The notes under the pieces: model-generated
What the model saw: the letters and a program-made list of their open reading frames with translations, nothing else
Databases searched by the model: none
Told to the model about the DNA's origin: nothing
Source of the DNA: Planctomycetota bacterium
GTDB lineage: Bacteria; Planctomycetota; UBA1135; UBA2386
Direction: 5' to 3'
NCBI GenBank assembly: GCA_965223545.1
Contig: OZ245006.1
Span: 7,360,001 to 7,424,000 of the forward strand
Length of the DNA stretch: 64,000 bases
Translations under genes and position numbers: made by a program
Part shown: in pieces, positions 1 to 8,015 of the stretch
Layout: each line of letters starts with the position of its first letter
Numbering within the stretch: the first letter of the stretch is position 1

Positions 1-17
1 GAACGTTGCGCGGCTCA

Positions 18-1250
18 CTAGAACACTGTCTCGAGCCACAGGGCGATCGGCAGCTCGAGCAGCCACCAGTGCTGCGACGAGCCGAAGTGGTCGACGTGTG
101 CGAACTGCTCGATCGACTGGAAGGTCACGTCCGCCGAGCTCAGCTGGGCGGGCAGCTCGTCCATGACGGAGCCGAAGCCGAGTCCGGCTTTGATGACGAG
201 GACCTTGCCGGTGAAGGCCGCCAGGTTGTCGCCGTACTGCGGGACCACGCCGGCGAGGCCGCCGTACAGGTCGCGCAGGATGCCGATGGAGATCGAGTCG
301 TTGAAGACGGCGACGTTGGCGAGCAAGCGCTCCTCGTCCGAGTAGACGAGCTCACCGGCCGGAACGTCGCCGACGGCGGAGATGAAGCCGGGGCGGGGTG
401 ACGGGGCGAGTGGGTTGGGTACTGACATCACCGCGACGAACGCCTGCATGTTCGTGAGGCCGGGCGGGAAGCCGGGAACCGGCAGCGCGAAGGGATCGTT
501 GGGCGCGATCGTCGCGAGCTGGCCGACCTGTTTGACCAGGGGCAACGACTGGTCCTCGAAGGCGATCCCCGCCGCGAGCATCGCATCGAGCTGCTGGTAG
601 AAGCCCAATGCATGGGTTTGCACCGCGACGTCGGTCGTCGTCACCGCGCCCTCCCACGCGAGCACGCCGGCGTAGTCGTTGGGGGAGGCATCCACCACGG
701 CGAGCCCGGTGGTCGCGCCCATCGACAGGCCGCCGACGACCGGCAGGCAGCCCGGCTGGGCCGCGGCGATCTGTGTCCGAATGTAGGCGACGTCGTCGAG
801 CACGGTCTGCAGCGTCCAGCCGAGGGCCGCTGAGCAGTCGACGCCACCGAAGCACGCACCGGCAGCCACGTTGGCGCTGCGCGGTGAGTAGCCCCACACG
901 TCGTAGCCGATGCGGGCGAAGAACCCGGCGAACGACCAGCTTGGGTCGCCGCTCTCGTGCACGAGGTACTGTTCGAAACGGTTGCCGAGCGGCGGCAGCA
1001 GTAGGAGCACGCCCCGCGTGCCGGCCCCGGCGCGCTGGACGCGGTGCATGGTGAAGCGGTTGAGGGGATTGGCGCCCTCTTGAACCACGGTGTCCGTCAG
1101 TTGGAGGCTGCCGAACGCCAGCGGCTGTAGCTGCGTGTTCTGGCTGACGACTGCGTACTGGGCCGTGCCCGCGTCGGCGAGCGTGAAGCACGACAGGAGG
1201 CCGGAGAGCAGCCAGGGGAAGGCGCGAGTGCGCGAGTGCGAACGGAACAT
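18..1250 (-). CDS. Secreted alpha/beta-hydrolase fold protein
   Basis: C-terminal part of ORF 18..1946, starting at ATG 1250 (MFRSHS) with a signal-peptide-like N-terminus. Has a GLSMG nucleophile elbow, an 'RIGYDVWG' segment and a C-terminal AHVDH His motif. Confidence 0.75.
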   Translation of the reverse strand: MFRSHSRTRAFPWLLSGLLSCFTLADAGTAQYAVVSQNTQLQPLAFGSLQLTDTVVQEGANPLNRFTMHRVQRAGAGTRGVLLLLPPLGNRFEQYLVHESGDPSWSFAGFFARIGYDVWGYSPRSANVAAGACFGGVDCSAALGWTLQTVLDDVAYIRTQIAAAQPGCLPVVGGLSMGATTGLAVVDASPNDYAGVLAWEGAVTTTDVAVQTHALGFYQQLDAMLAAGIAFEDQSLPLVKQVGQLATIAPNDPFALPVPGFPPGLTNMQAFVAVMSVPNPLAPSPRPGFISAVGDVPAGELVYSDEERLLANVAVFNDSISIGILRDLYGGLAGVVPQYGDNLAAFTGKVLVIKAGLGFGSVMDELPAQLSSADVTFQSIEQFAHVDHFGSSQHWWLLELPIALWLETVF

Positions 1251-1439
1251 GGGTCCTCTCGGATCAAGGAGTCTGTGGTCGGGATGTCGCGAGCTGCGAT
1301 CCCAGTAGTTCGTCCACCCGCGGTCAGACGCCGCTGTCACGCGCGGTTCGAGGAATTTTGGCGACCCGAGATTCGTGCGGCATGTGGCGGATGCGTCCGC
1401 ACTGGTGCGTTGTTCGTGTGTTTCCCAAACGAGACTGTC

Positions 1440-2165
1440 ATGCAAACGCAGCAACGGGTCTCTGCATCGTTGCAAGCCAACGCCACGCAGCGGTTGCGCC
1501 ACGACGCGCCCACCTCTGGGCGACGACCGAGCACCGGCGCGGCGCCTCCGCAATTGGCACCAGAGTCGGTGGATCCGGAGGAACGTCGCGCCACCGAGCG
1601 CTACCTGGAGCGGCAGTTCGCCGTGCTGCGCCGGCGGCACAGCGCACAGAACGCGATCCTGCTGCGTGTCGTCGCCGACCACTGTGCGCACGCCGTGGCT
1701 CTGGCCAAGCGCGGGGCGTTGGCCGATGCCCGCACCCAACTGACGACCCTCGATGGGTTGGCGCCGTGCCACGATGTGGAACTCCGGGCCGTGCATGGCA
1801 TCGTGGCACTGCCGGCCTGGGCCCTCGTCGAATGGCGGGAGCAACAGCACGCCCGCGCGCAAGGGTTGCTGCGCCAAGCGATCGAGCTCTGTGGTTGGCT
1901 CGCGGGTGATCGCGGCCACGATTATCTGACGGGCAAACGGATCCACCTCGCCGCCAATACGGGTCGCGTTCTGGTCTCACAGCGACAGTTCGGGGAGGCG
2001 CGCGCATGCGTGCGCGCGCTGCGTGCGGTGTTGGCCGGGGATCGCAGCGCCTGGTGCTTCGCATCGCCGGAGAGCCTGGTCCTTCCGCTGGTAACGGGGC
2101 AGGCGACGGGGCTCGCCCGACAGCTGGACCGAGTCGCGGCGCTTTGTCGGGAGGGCGGGCGATGA
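1440..2165 (+). CDS. Hypothetical alpha-helical (TPR-like) protein, first gene of the lanthipeptide operon
   Basis: From ATG 1440 within ORF 1236..2165; start uncertain. Ala/Leu/Arg-rich helical pattern. Its TGA overlaps the lanL ATG (ATGA 2162-2165). Confidence 0.6.
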   Translation: MQTQQRVSASLQANATQRLRHDAPTSGRRPSTGAAPPQLAPESVDPEERRATERYLERQFAVLRRRHSAQNAILLRVVADHCAHAVALAKRGALADARTQLTTLDGLAPCHDVELRAVHGIVALPAWALVEWREQQHARAQGLLRQAIELCGWLAGDRGHDYLTGKRIHLAANTGRVLVSQRQFGEARACVRALRAVLAGDRSAWCFASPESLVLPLVTGQATGLARQLDRVAALCREGGR

Positions 2166-4912
2166 CCGGCGCCGACCCCGTACGGGCGGCGGCGCGCCGA
2201 CTCGCGGCTGAGGACTTCCTGCGCGGCTGGACGGTGCGTGCGCAACCCGCGTCTTCGGCTCTTCACGCCGGCGCCGCCGGCGCCGACTTCTGGACCAGCT
2301 ACAGCGCGCCGAACGCTCGGGAAGCGAGCAGCGGATTCAAGATCCACGTATCTGCCAGCATCGCGTCGGCAGCCGACGTCCTGTTGCGCGCCGCGCCCGC
2401 GTTCGGACGCATGGGCGTGCCTTTCAAGCACGCCAGCTCACTGGACCGCCTGGCGACGTTGTCCAGCGGCGCGGGTGGCGCCACCCAGGTCGGCAAGTTC
2501 TTGACCGCGTATCCGCCGGACCCGGAGACCGCGCGCCGTCTCGCCGACCGACTCCACGAGCTGACGCAGGGGTTGCCCGGTCCGCGCATCGCGTCGGAGC
2601 AGCAGTTGTGTCCCGGCAGTCTGGTGCACTACCGCTATGGTGCATTCGTCGAGCAGTGGTTGCAGCTACCGACCGGGCGGATCGCGCCGGCGCGGCTCGG
2701 GCCGCGCGGGCTCGAGCCCGACGAGCGCGGCGCTGGCCCCGGCGATGGCGCGCCGCCGAGTCCGTTCGGCGCTCCGACGGATGGCGTCGATGGCGAGACG
2801 CGCACCCTGCTGGCGGAACGCTACGTCCGCATGCGCCCCTTGCACGAGAGTCCCAAGGGCAACACTTGGCTGGGGTTCGATCAAGACTCCGCGCCTGCCG
2901 AGGACCCGGAACGCCGCGCGATGGTCGTGATCAAGGAGGCGTTCGCGTTCGTGATGGAGGCGAGCGATGGCCTCGACGCGGTGCGCCGCTTGGAGCGGGA
3001 GGCGCTGCGCATCCGCGCGCTCCAGGACAGCGGGCTGACGCCTGTGTTCGTCGACTACTGGCGTGAAGTGGACCGGGCGTTCTTGGTCTATCGACTGGTC
3101 GAGGGTCCGACTCTGGCCTCGATCATCAACTCCCTGCGCGATGAGGGACTTTCGCCACCCGCGACTCTGTTGCGCGATTGGGCCCAGCGCCTGGCGGACG
3201 CCGTCGCCGAGGTCCACGGCCGCGGCTTCGTGCTCGGCGACATCAAGCCGTCGAACATCGTGTTTGCCGATGGGGGGTTTCGTTTCATCGACCTGGAGCT
3301 CGCCGGCACACCGACCACGGCGCCGTGCGGCGGGATGGGGACACCCGGCTACTGCTCCCCGGAGCAGGCCGATCCCGACGTGGGCCGCAGCTTCCAGCAA
3401 GACGTCTACAGCATCGGCGCGACCTTGTTGGCGGCGTCGACTCTCACTGATGCATCGTCGCTGCCGGACCTCTCGGCGGTCGCCGCCGCCGAGTCGCGCC
3501 GCCACGGTGCGCCGATCCACGCGTTGATTCGGCAATGCCTGGCGCGTGACCCCGGGAGCCGGCCGGAGTCTGCCGTCGATCTCGCTGCCCGCTGTCGCGC
3601 GCTCGATGGAGTGCCGGCCGCGGTGCGCGATACCGTCGTTGACGCCCAACCGGGTGTCGACTTCGGTCAGCTGGCCGCGGACGTCGGTGACCTCCTTCTC
3701 CACGCCGCGCGGAGCGACGGGAGCTACACGTGGTGGGAGTCCGGTCACGCGACGGTGGGGCTGCGCGCGGTGCGCGATTTGTACGCAGGCTCGTGTGGGA
3801 CCGCCTTGTTCCTGTGGGAGCTCTACGAGCAGGGCGGCGACGAGCGCTACTTGGACGCGGCCCGCCGCTGCGGTGAGTGGCTGTGGCGCACCGATCCCGA
3901 GGTGCCTCGACAAGTGGAGATGCCGGGCCTGTACTTCGGCGAGGCCGGTCCCGGGCTGCTGTACCTGCGCCTTCACGAGGCGACTGACGAGCCCGTGTGG
4001 CTGACCCGCGCTCGGCGCGCGAGCGCACGCGTGGCGGCCATGCCGCACCACTCGCCGGACCTGATGACCGGTGCCGCCGGCAGCGGCCTGTTCCACCTGG
4101 CGCTGTGGAGTACTGCGGGTGATACGGATGCCCTGGACCGCGCGCGGTGGGACGCTGCTTGGCTGCTCGACCGGCGGGTCGGCGGGCGTCCCTCGTGGGC
4201 GATCCCGCCCGAGCACGAGACCTTGAGCGACACCGAGTACTTGGGCTTCGCGCACGGTTCCGCCGGGATCGGCCATTTCCTCGCCGAGTTGTGTGCGGCA
4301 GCGCCGGACCCGGCGTTGCGGCAAGCGTGCGCGGAGACCGCAGATTGGCTGCTCGAGCACGCGCAGCCGTGCCTCCCCGATCAACGCGGGTTGCGGTGGC
4401 CGAACTCGCCTGGCGACAGCGCTGGAATCGGCGTCTACTGGTGTCACGGCGCCGCTGGAGTGGCGCGCTTCCTGGCGCACGCCGGTGTGGTCCTGAACGA
4501 CGCACGGTATCTCGACGCCGCCATTGGTGCCGCACGCAGCATCGCCGCGGCGCGCTGGAGCGGCACCACGCAGTGTCACGGTTTGGCTGGCAACATCGAT
4601 GTGTTGGTCGACGTTTGGCAGTGTGTAGGCGGCCGGTGGCTGGACGTTGCGCGGAATCTCGGCCAGGACCTCTTGCTCTATCGGACCGAGCGCGGCTGGC
4701 CGTCCGAGTCGTCCCTCGTCTACAGCCCGGACCTGGTCGTCGGTCAGGCCGGCGTCGGTGCCGCGTTTGCGCGCTTGGCGGCGCCTCACCGACAACACGT
4801 CGTGACGGCAAGAGTGTCCCGCGGTTGCGGACCGGCTGAAGGTCAGTCGGTTGCGCCACCGCTCACCGCAAGAGAGTTCGCTCTCCAAAGGAGTAGCCAT
4901 GCCAAACTGTGA
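2162..4912 (+). CDS. lanL: Class IV lanthipeptide synthetase (lyase - Ser/Thr kinase - LanC-like zinc cyclase)
   Basis: Lyase motifs GFKIHVSA, GKFLTAYP, VHYRYGAF. Kinase motifs VVIKEA, GDIKPSN, FIDLELA, GTPGYCSPE. Cyclase GxxG repeats DLYAGSCG, GLYFGEAG, DLMTGAAG, GFAHGSAG, WCHGAAG, QCHGLAG, with the Cys/Cys/His zinc ligands intact. Confidence 0.93.
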   Translation: MTGADPVRAAARRLAAEDFLRGWTVRAQPASSALHAGAAGADFWTSYSAPNAREASSGFKIHVSASIASAADVLLRAAPAFGRMGVPFKHASSLDRLATLSSGAGGATQVGKFLTAYPPDPETARRLADRLHELTQGLPGPRIASEQQLCPGSLVHYRYGAFVEQWLQLPTGRIAPARLGPRGLEPDERGAGPGDGAPPSPFGAPTDGVDGETRTLLAERYVRMRPLHESPKGNTWLGFDQDSAPAEDPERRAMVVIKEAFAFVMEASDGLDAVRRLEREALRIRALQDSGLTPVFVDYWREVDRAFLVYRLVEGPTLASIINSLRDEGLSPPATLLRDWAQRLADAVAEVHGRGFVLGDIKPSNIVFADGGFRFIDLELAGTPTTAPCGGMGTPGYCSPEQADPDVGRSFQQDVYSIGATLLAASTLTDASSLPDLSAVAAAESRRHGAPIHALIRQCLARDPGSRPESAVDLAARCRALDGVPAAVRDTVVDAQPGVDFGQLAADVGDLLLHAARSDGSYTWWESGHATVGLRAVRDLYAGSCGTALFLWELYEQGGDERYLDAARRCGEWLWRTDPEVPRQVEMPGLYFGEAGPGLLYLRLHEATDEPVWLTRARRASARVAAMPHHSPDLMTGAAGSGLFHLALWSTAGDTDALDRARWDAAWLLDRRVGGRPSWAIPPEHETLSDTEYLGFAHGSAGIGHFLAELCAAAPDPALRQACAETADWLLEHAQPCLPDQRGLRWPNSPGDSAGIGVYWCHGAAGVARFLAHAGVVLNDARYLDAAIGAARSIAAARWSGTTQCHGLAGNIDVLVDVWQCVGGRWLDVARNLGQDLLLYRTERGWPSESSLVYSPDLVVGQAGVGAAFARLAAPHRQHVVTARVSRGCGPAEGQSVAPPLTAREFALQRSSHAKL
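4888..4893 (+). promoter_or_regulatory. Shine-Dalgarno site for the precursor gene
   Basis: AAGGAG lies 5 nt upstream of ATG 4899, inside the 3' end of lanL. Confidence 0.75.
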
Positions 4913-5297
4913 TCCGGAAAAGCGTCCGGAAGATGATCTAGACCTCGTCGCGCGCGTCATGGAGACCGTGCACCGCCAAGTCGGTAGCTACATGACGTCG
5001 CTGCAACAGCTGCGCACCGTGCGTCGCGAGATCGAAGTCAATCCCAACCTTCGCAAACGCGTGACCTCGGGATCGAGGGAGATGGTCAAGGTGCTGGTGG
5101 AGCGTGGTGTGCCGGAGCCGTTGGCCGCCGGCATGTCCGCCGAAGACTGGCGCGACCTCGATCTCGCCGGCAGCCTGGGTCTGTGGACCTGGGACTGCTG
5201 CTGCACCGGGTGTTGTCTGACGTGCATCTGCACGCAGAACACCTCGGCCGTCGCCAATCCCGGCGAAAGCGTGATCAATCCTCAGATCGGGCGCTAG
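4899..5297 (+). CDS. lanA: Putative lanthipeptide precursor (132 aa; long leader, Cys/Thr-rich core)
   Basis: Strong RBS and a 14-nt overlap with lanL. C-terminal region DLDLAGSLGLWTWDCCCTGCCLTCICTQNTSAVANPGESVINPQIGR has 7 clustered Cys and several Thr/Ser. Confidence 0.85.
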   Translation: MPNCDPEKRPEDDLDLVARVMETVHRQVGSYMTSLQQLRTVRREIEVNPNLRKRVTSGSREMVKVLVERGVPEPLAAGMSAEDWRDLDLAGSLGLWTWDCCCTGCCLTCICTQNTSAVANPGESVINPQIGR

Positions 5298-5307
5298 CGC
5301 CCGGCGG

Positions 5308-5346
5308 CGGTGGTGCGTGCCAGCCAGCTTGTGGCGCGCACCGCCG
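5308..5346 (+). terminator. Stem-loop downstream of the precursor (terminator or mRNA stabiliser)
   Basis: CGGTGGTGCGTGCCA (5308-5322) pairs with TGGCGCGCACCGCCG (5332-5346): 15 bp with 2 G-U pairs and a 9-nt loop. Only a weak U-tail follows. Confidence 0.55.
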
Positions 5347-5456
5347 GCCCTGTTGCGTGATCTCGGGCTCACCCCTCGAGAAGCGGCGCTCTTCTGCCAC
5401 AATGGAGGTGTCGGGCCGCGGGCACGACGAGTCGCCCGGCGCCGCGAGGACGATGC

Positions 5457-8015
5457 ATGACGGAATCAGGGACGTGGCGCAAGAGCGTCATCGGCTTGGC
5501 GGCGACGCTTTTTGTCACCGTGGGTTGGGTTCTCGTGCGCCCGGAGGGCCCGGCTCCGGCCCGTGCACCAGCATCACCGGAAACGAACGATTCCGCGCCG
5601 GCTCGACCAGAGCGCCGTTCTGGTCCAGGCGCGAAGCGCTCGTGGCGGGGGCGTGCGCTGGAGGCTCGCCGCTGGCTGCGGGTCGTCGATGCGACCTCGG
5701 GTCGGCCGGTGCCTGGTGCCACCGTGCGCTTCGGAGTGCTGGGCGCGCTCGACGAGCTCGATCCAGACCGGTGGCGGGCGGCGCAAGAGCTGCGTCGGCG
5801 TGACGTCGAGGAGTTCTTGCGCGTTCACGGCGCATCCTCGACGGCCGACCCCGACGGGTGGCTCGTGTCTACTCGGGAGCCGGGGTGGCCGCGCACGGCC
5901 CGCCTGGGATCGCGCTACGGGGAAGCGGATCCCGACGGCTCCGGCGACATCGCGATCGCGCCGGACCGGTCGTTGCGCGTGCGCGTGCTCGATGTCGAGG
6001 GAGCTCCGGTCTCGGGGATCGACGTCGCGCTCGGTATCGATCGGTCTTCGGATGTTCCTCCCGGAGGGTTGAACGCGTCGGTGGCGGTGACAAACGAGGC
6101 GGGCGAGGCAAGCCTGCCCCACGTCGGGCTGCTCGCCGCGCGGGCGCGCGGACACGGCGTTGGCACTCTGTTGCTGGCGCCGGGGATCGCTGGCTCGGCC
6201 AGCGTGGGGCTCGGGCTGGTCATTCGCCCGCCGGCTTGGCCATCGGAGCCGGTCGTCCTGCGGCTGCCCGCCTGCCGCACGGTGATCGTGACGCTCCGCG
6301 GCCCGGATGGCACACGCTTCCCGATGTCCGGCCGCGGGGACGAGTTCGTCTCCCTGCGCGTCGAAACGACACCGCAGGGGTACGACACGGCCGACCTGGT
6401 CGGCGGAGTCGCGCGGTTTGCTCGAGTGCCCCTCGGCGTCGGGCTCACCCTGTCCGCACACGTCGCGGGGTTCGAGGCCGAGCGCCGGTTGCCGCCGTCG
6501 ACGGGCCGGGCCATGGCGGAGTACGTCGAGCTGCAGTTGCGATCTTCCGCCCCGGTCTACGCGGTCCGCGCGGTGGGGGCCGACCGTCAGCCCTTGGCGG
6601 ATCGGTTGCTCTCCGTCGCGGTGCCGGGGTTCGTGGCGAGTCTCCGGCGGAGGACCGACGCCGCGGGGAGGCTGCTTGTTCCCCTGCCGCGTGACGAGGA
6701 CAATGACTTCGAGGACGCAGTGCTGCGACTGACGACGCTGGCGTTGCGGCACGACACCAATGGCCGGGAACTCGCGCCGGAGCTCGGTACCGAGCGGGCG
6801 GCGGTGCGATTGCCCCCGGCAGCGCATGGCTCGGTCACGGAACTCGGCGACGTTGCCCTCCTACCGCTTCCGCTGCTCGCCTCCGGCGTGATCCACGCCG
6901 CGCCATCCGCGCTGGCGGACGACTGGTCGCGCCACGCGATCGCGACGGGGATCGCGGTCGATGAGCTCCGCCTCACCGAGCAGGGCCGTTCATGGCATCG
7001 GCGGGAAGACGTGGTCGTGCGCGTCGCGCCAACCGGCGCGTTCGCGGTGCACGGAAGCCGAGGCCGCGCCGCACTCCGGCTGAGAGACGTTCGCCGGCGA
7101 GTCGCTCCGTTCGCTCCGGTACCGTTTGTTCCCGGCGCCGCCGGACTCGAGTTGCAGCTCCCGACGCCCGGCAGCCTCGAGATCGACGTGGTCCCCGCCG
7201 CGCGCGACGAACTCGCGCTCCAGCTCGAGCCGCTCGATCGTTGTTGGCCGGAGCACGATTCCCGCGACCTGCGTCGAGTGCGCCCATCGTCCCGCGTCCG
7301 GCGTCCCGAGCGGCCACACCGCGACGTGCACGTGCTGCCGTGGCTGTGGCCTGGGTCGTATCGAGTCAGCGCCCATCTGCGCGGGCTCGCCGCGCCCTTG
7401 ACGATTCTGGACCGCGTCGAGATCCGCGCCGGAGAGCGCACCCGCCCGTGGCTTTCGTCGCCGTTGGATCCGGCCGCGGTCGCGCGGCGGGTGGACGTGC
7501 AGCTCGCCGACGCGAGTCGCCGTTCCTCGTCCCGGGCAACCCTCCGGTTGTGGGTGCGGGATCCGACACCCCGCGCGATCTCGTTGGCGGCAGGGAATCG
7601 GCAATGCTGGCTGCCCTTCACCGTCGATGAGGGCGTGCTCGACGTCCGCGGCCGCTGCCTCACGATCTGGCGGCCCGAGGCCCAACCCGTCGCCGTGCCT
7701 TCGCTGTTCGAGGTCGAACTGCGTCTTCCCGCGGACGTGACCAGCGCGCGGCTCGAGGTTGTTCGCGACCATCCGTTGTATTCGTGGCGGGATGTTCCGC
7801 AGCTCCGCACAGCGTTACGGCTCGACGTGGTGCGCGGCACCCAGAGAGTCCGATGCCGCGCACCAGGCCCTTGGGTGTTGACTTTGGCCCGCGGTGGCGG
7901 GCAACCGACATCCGTCGACGTCGTTCTGGCGCCCGCACACGCCGGGCGAGTTCTTGATCTGACGAGTACCGCTCCGACGCTTCGAGTATCATCGGGGCAG
8001 GTAGGAAGATCATGA
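5457..8015 (+). CDS. Membrane-anchored hypothetical protein with carboxypeptidase-regulatory-like beta-sandwich repeats
   Basis: N-terminal TM segment. Repeats LRVVDATSGRPVPGATV, VRVLDVEGAPVSGIDV and VRAVGADRQPL. ATGA overlap with the next gene. Confidence 0.6.
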   Translation: MTESGTWRKSVIGLAATLFVTVGWVLVRPEGPAPARAPASPETNDSAPARPERRSGPGAKRSWRGRALEARRWLRVVDATSGRPVPGATVRFGVLGALDELDPDRWRAAQELRRRDVEEFLRVHGASSTADPDGWLVSTREPGWPRTARLGSRYGEADPDGSGDIAIAPDRSLRVRVLDVEGAPVSGIDVALGIDRSSDVPPGGLNASVAVTNEAGEASLPHVGLLAARARGHGVGTLLLAPGIAGSASVGLGLVIRPPAWPSEPVVLRLPACRTVIVTLRGPDGTRFPMSGRGDEFVSLRVETTPQGYDTADLVGGVARFARVPLGVGLTLSAHVAGFEAERRLPPSTGRAMAEYVELQLRSSAPVYAVRAVGADRQPLADRLLSVAVPGFVASLRRRTDAAGRLLVPLPRDEDNDFEDAVLRLTTLALRHDTNGRELAPELGTERAAVRLPPAAHGSVTELGDVALLPLPLLASGVIHAAPSALADDWSRHAIATGIAVDELRLTEQGRSWHRREDVVVRVAPTGAFAVHGSRGRAALRLRDVRRRVAPFAPVPFVPGAAGLELQLPTPGSLEIDVVPAARDELALQLEPLDRCWPEHDSRDLRRVRPSSRVRRPERPHRDVHVLPWLWPGSYRVSAHLRGLAAPLTILDRVEIRAGERTRPWLSSPLDPAAVARRVDVQLADASRRSSSRATLRLWVRDPTPRAISLAAGNRQCWLPFTVDEGVLDVRGRCLTIWRPEAQPVAVPSLFEVELRLPADVTSARLEVVRDHPLYSWRDVPQLRTALRLDVVRGTQRVRCRAPGPWVLTLARGGGQPTSVDVVLAPAHAGRVLDLTSTAPTLRVSSGQVGRS

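Noticed and set aside
1251..1946. N-terminal extension of the hydrolase ORF (18..1946)
   Set aside because: Overlaps the plus-strand lanL-coupled gene; the signal-peptide start at 1250 is more plausible.
2162..4912. Class III LanKC or plain Ser/Thr kinase call
   Set aside because: The lyase domain and zinc-ligand motifs (WCHG, CHG) are both present, which fits class IV.
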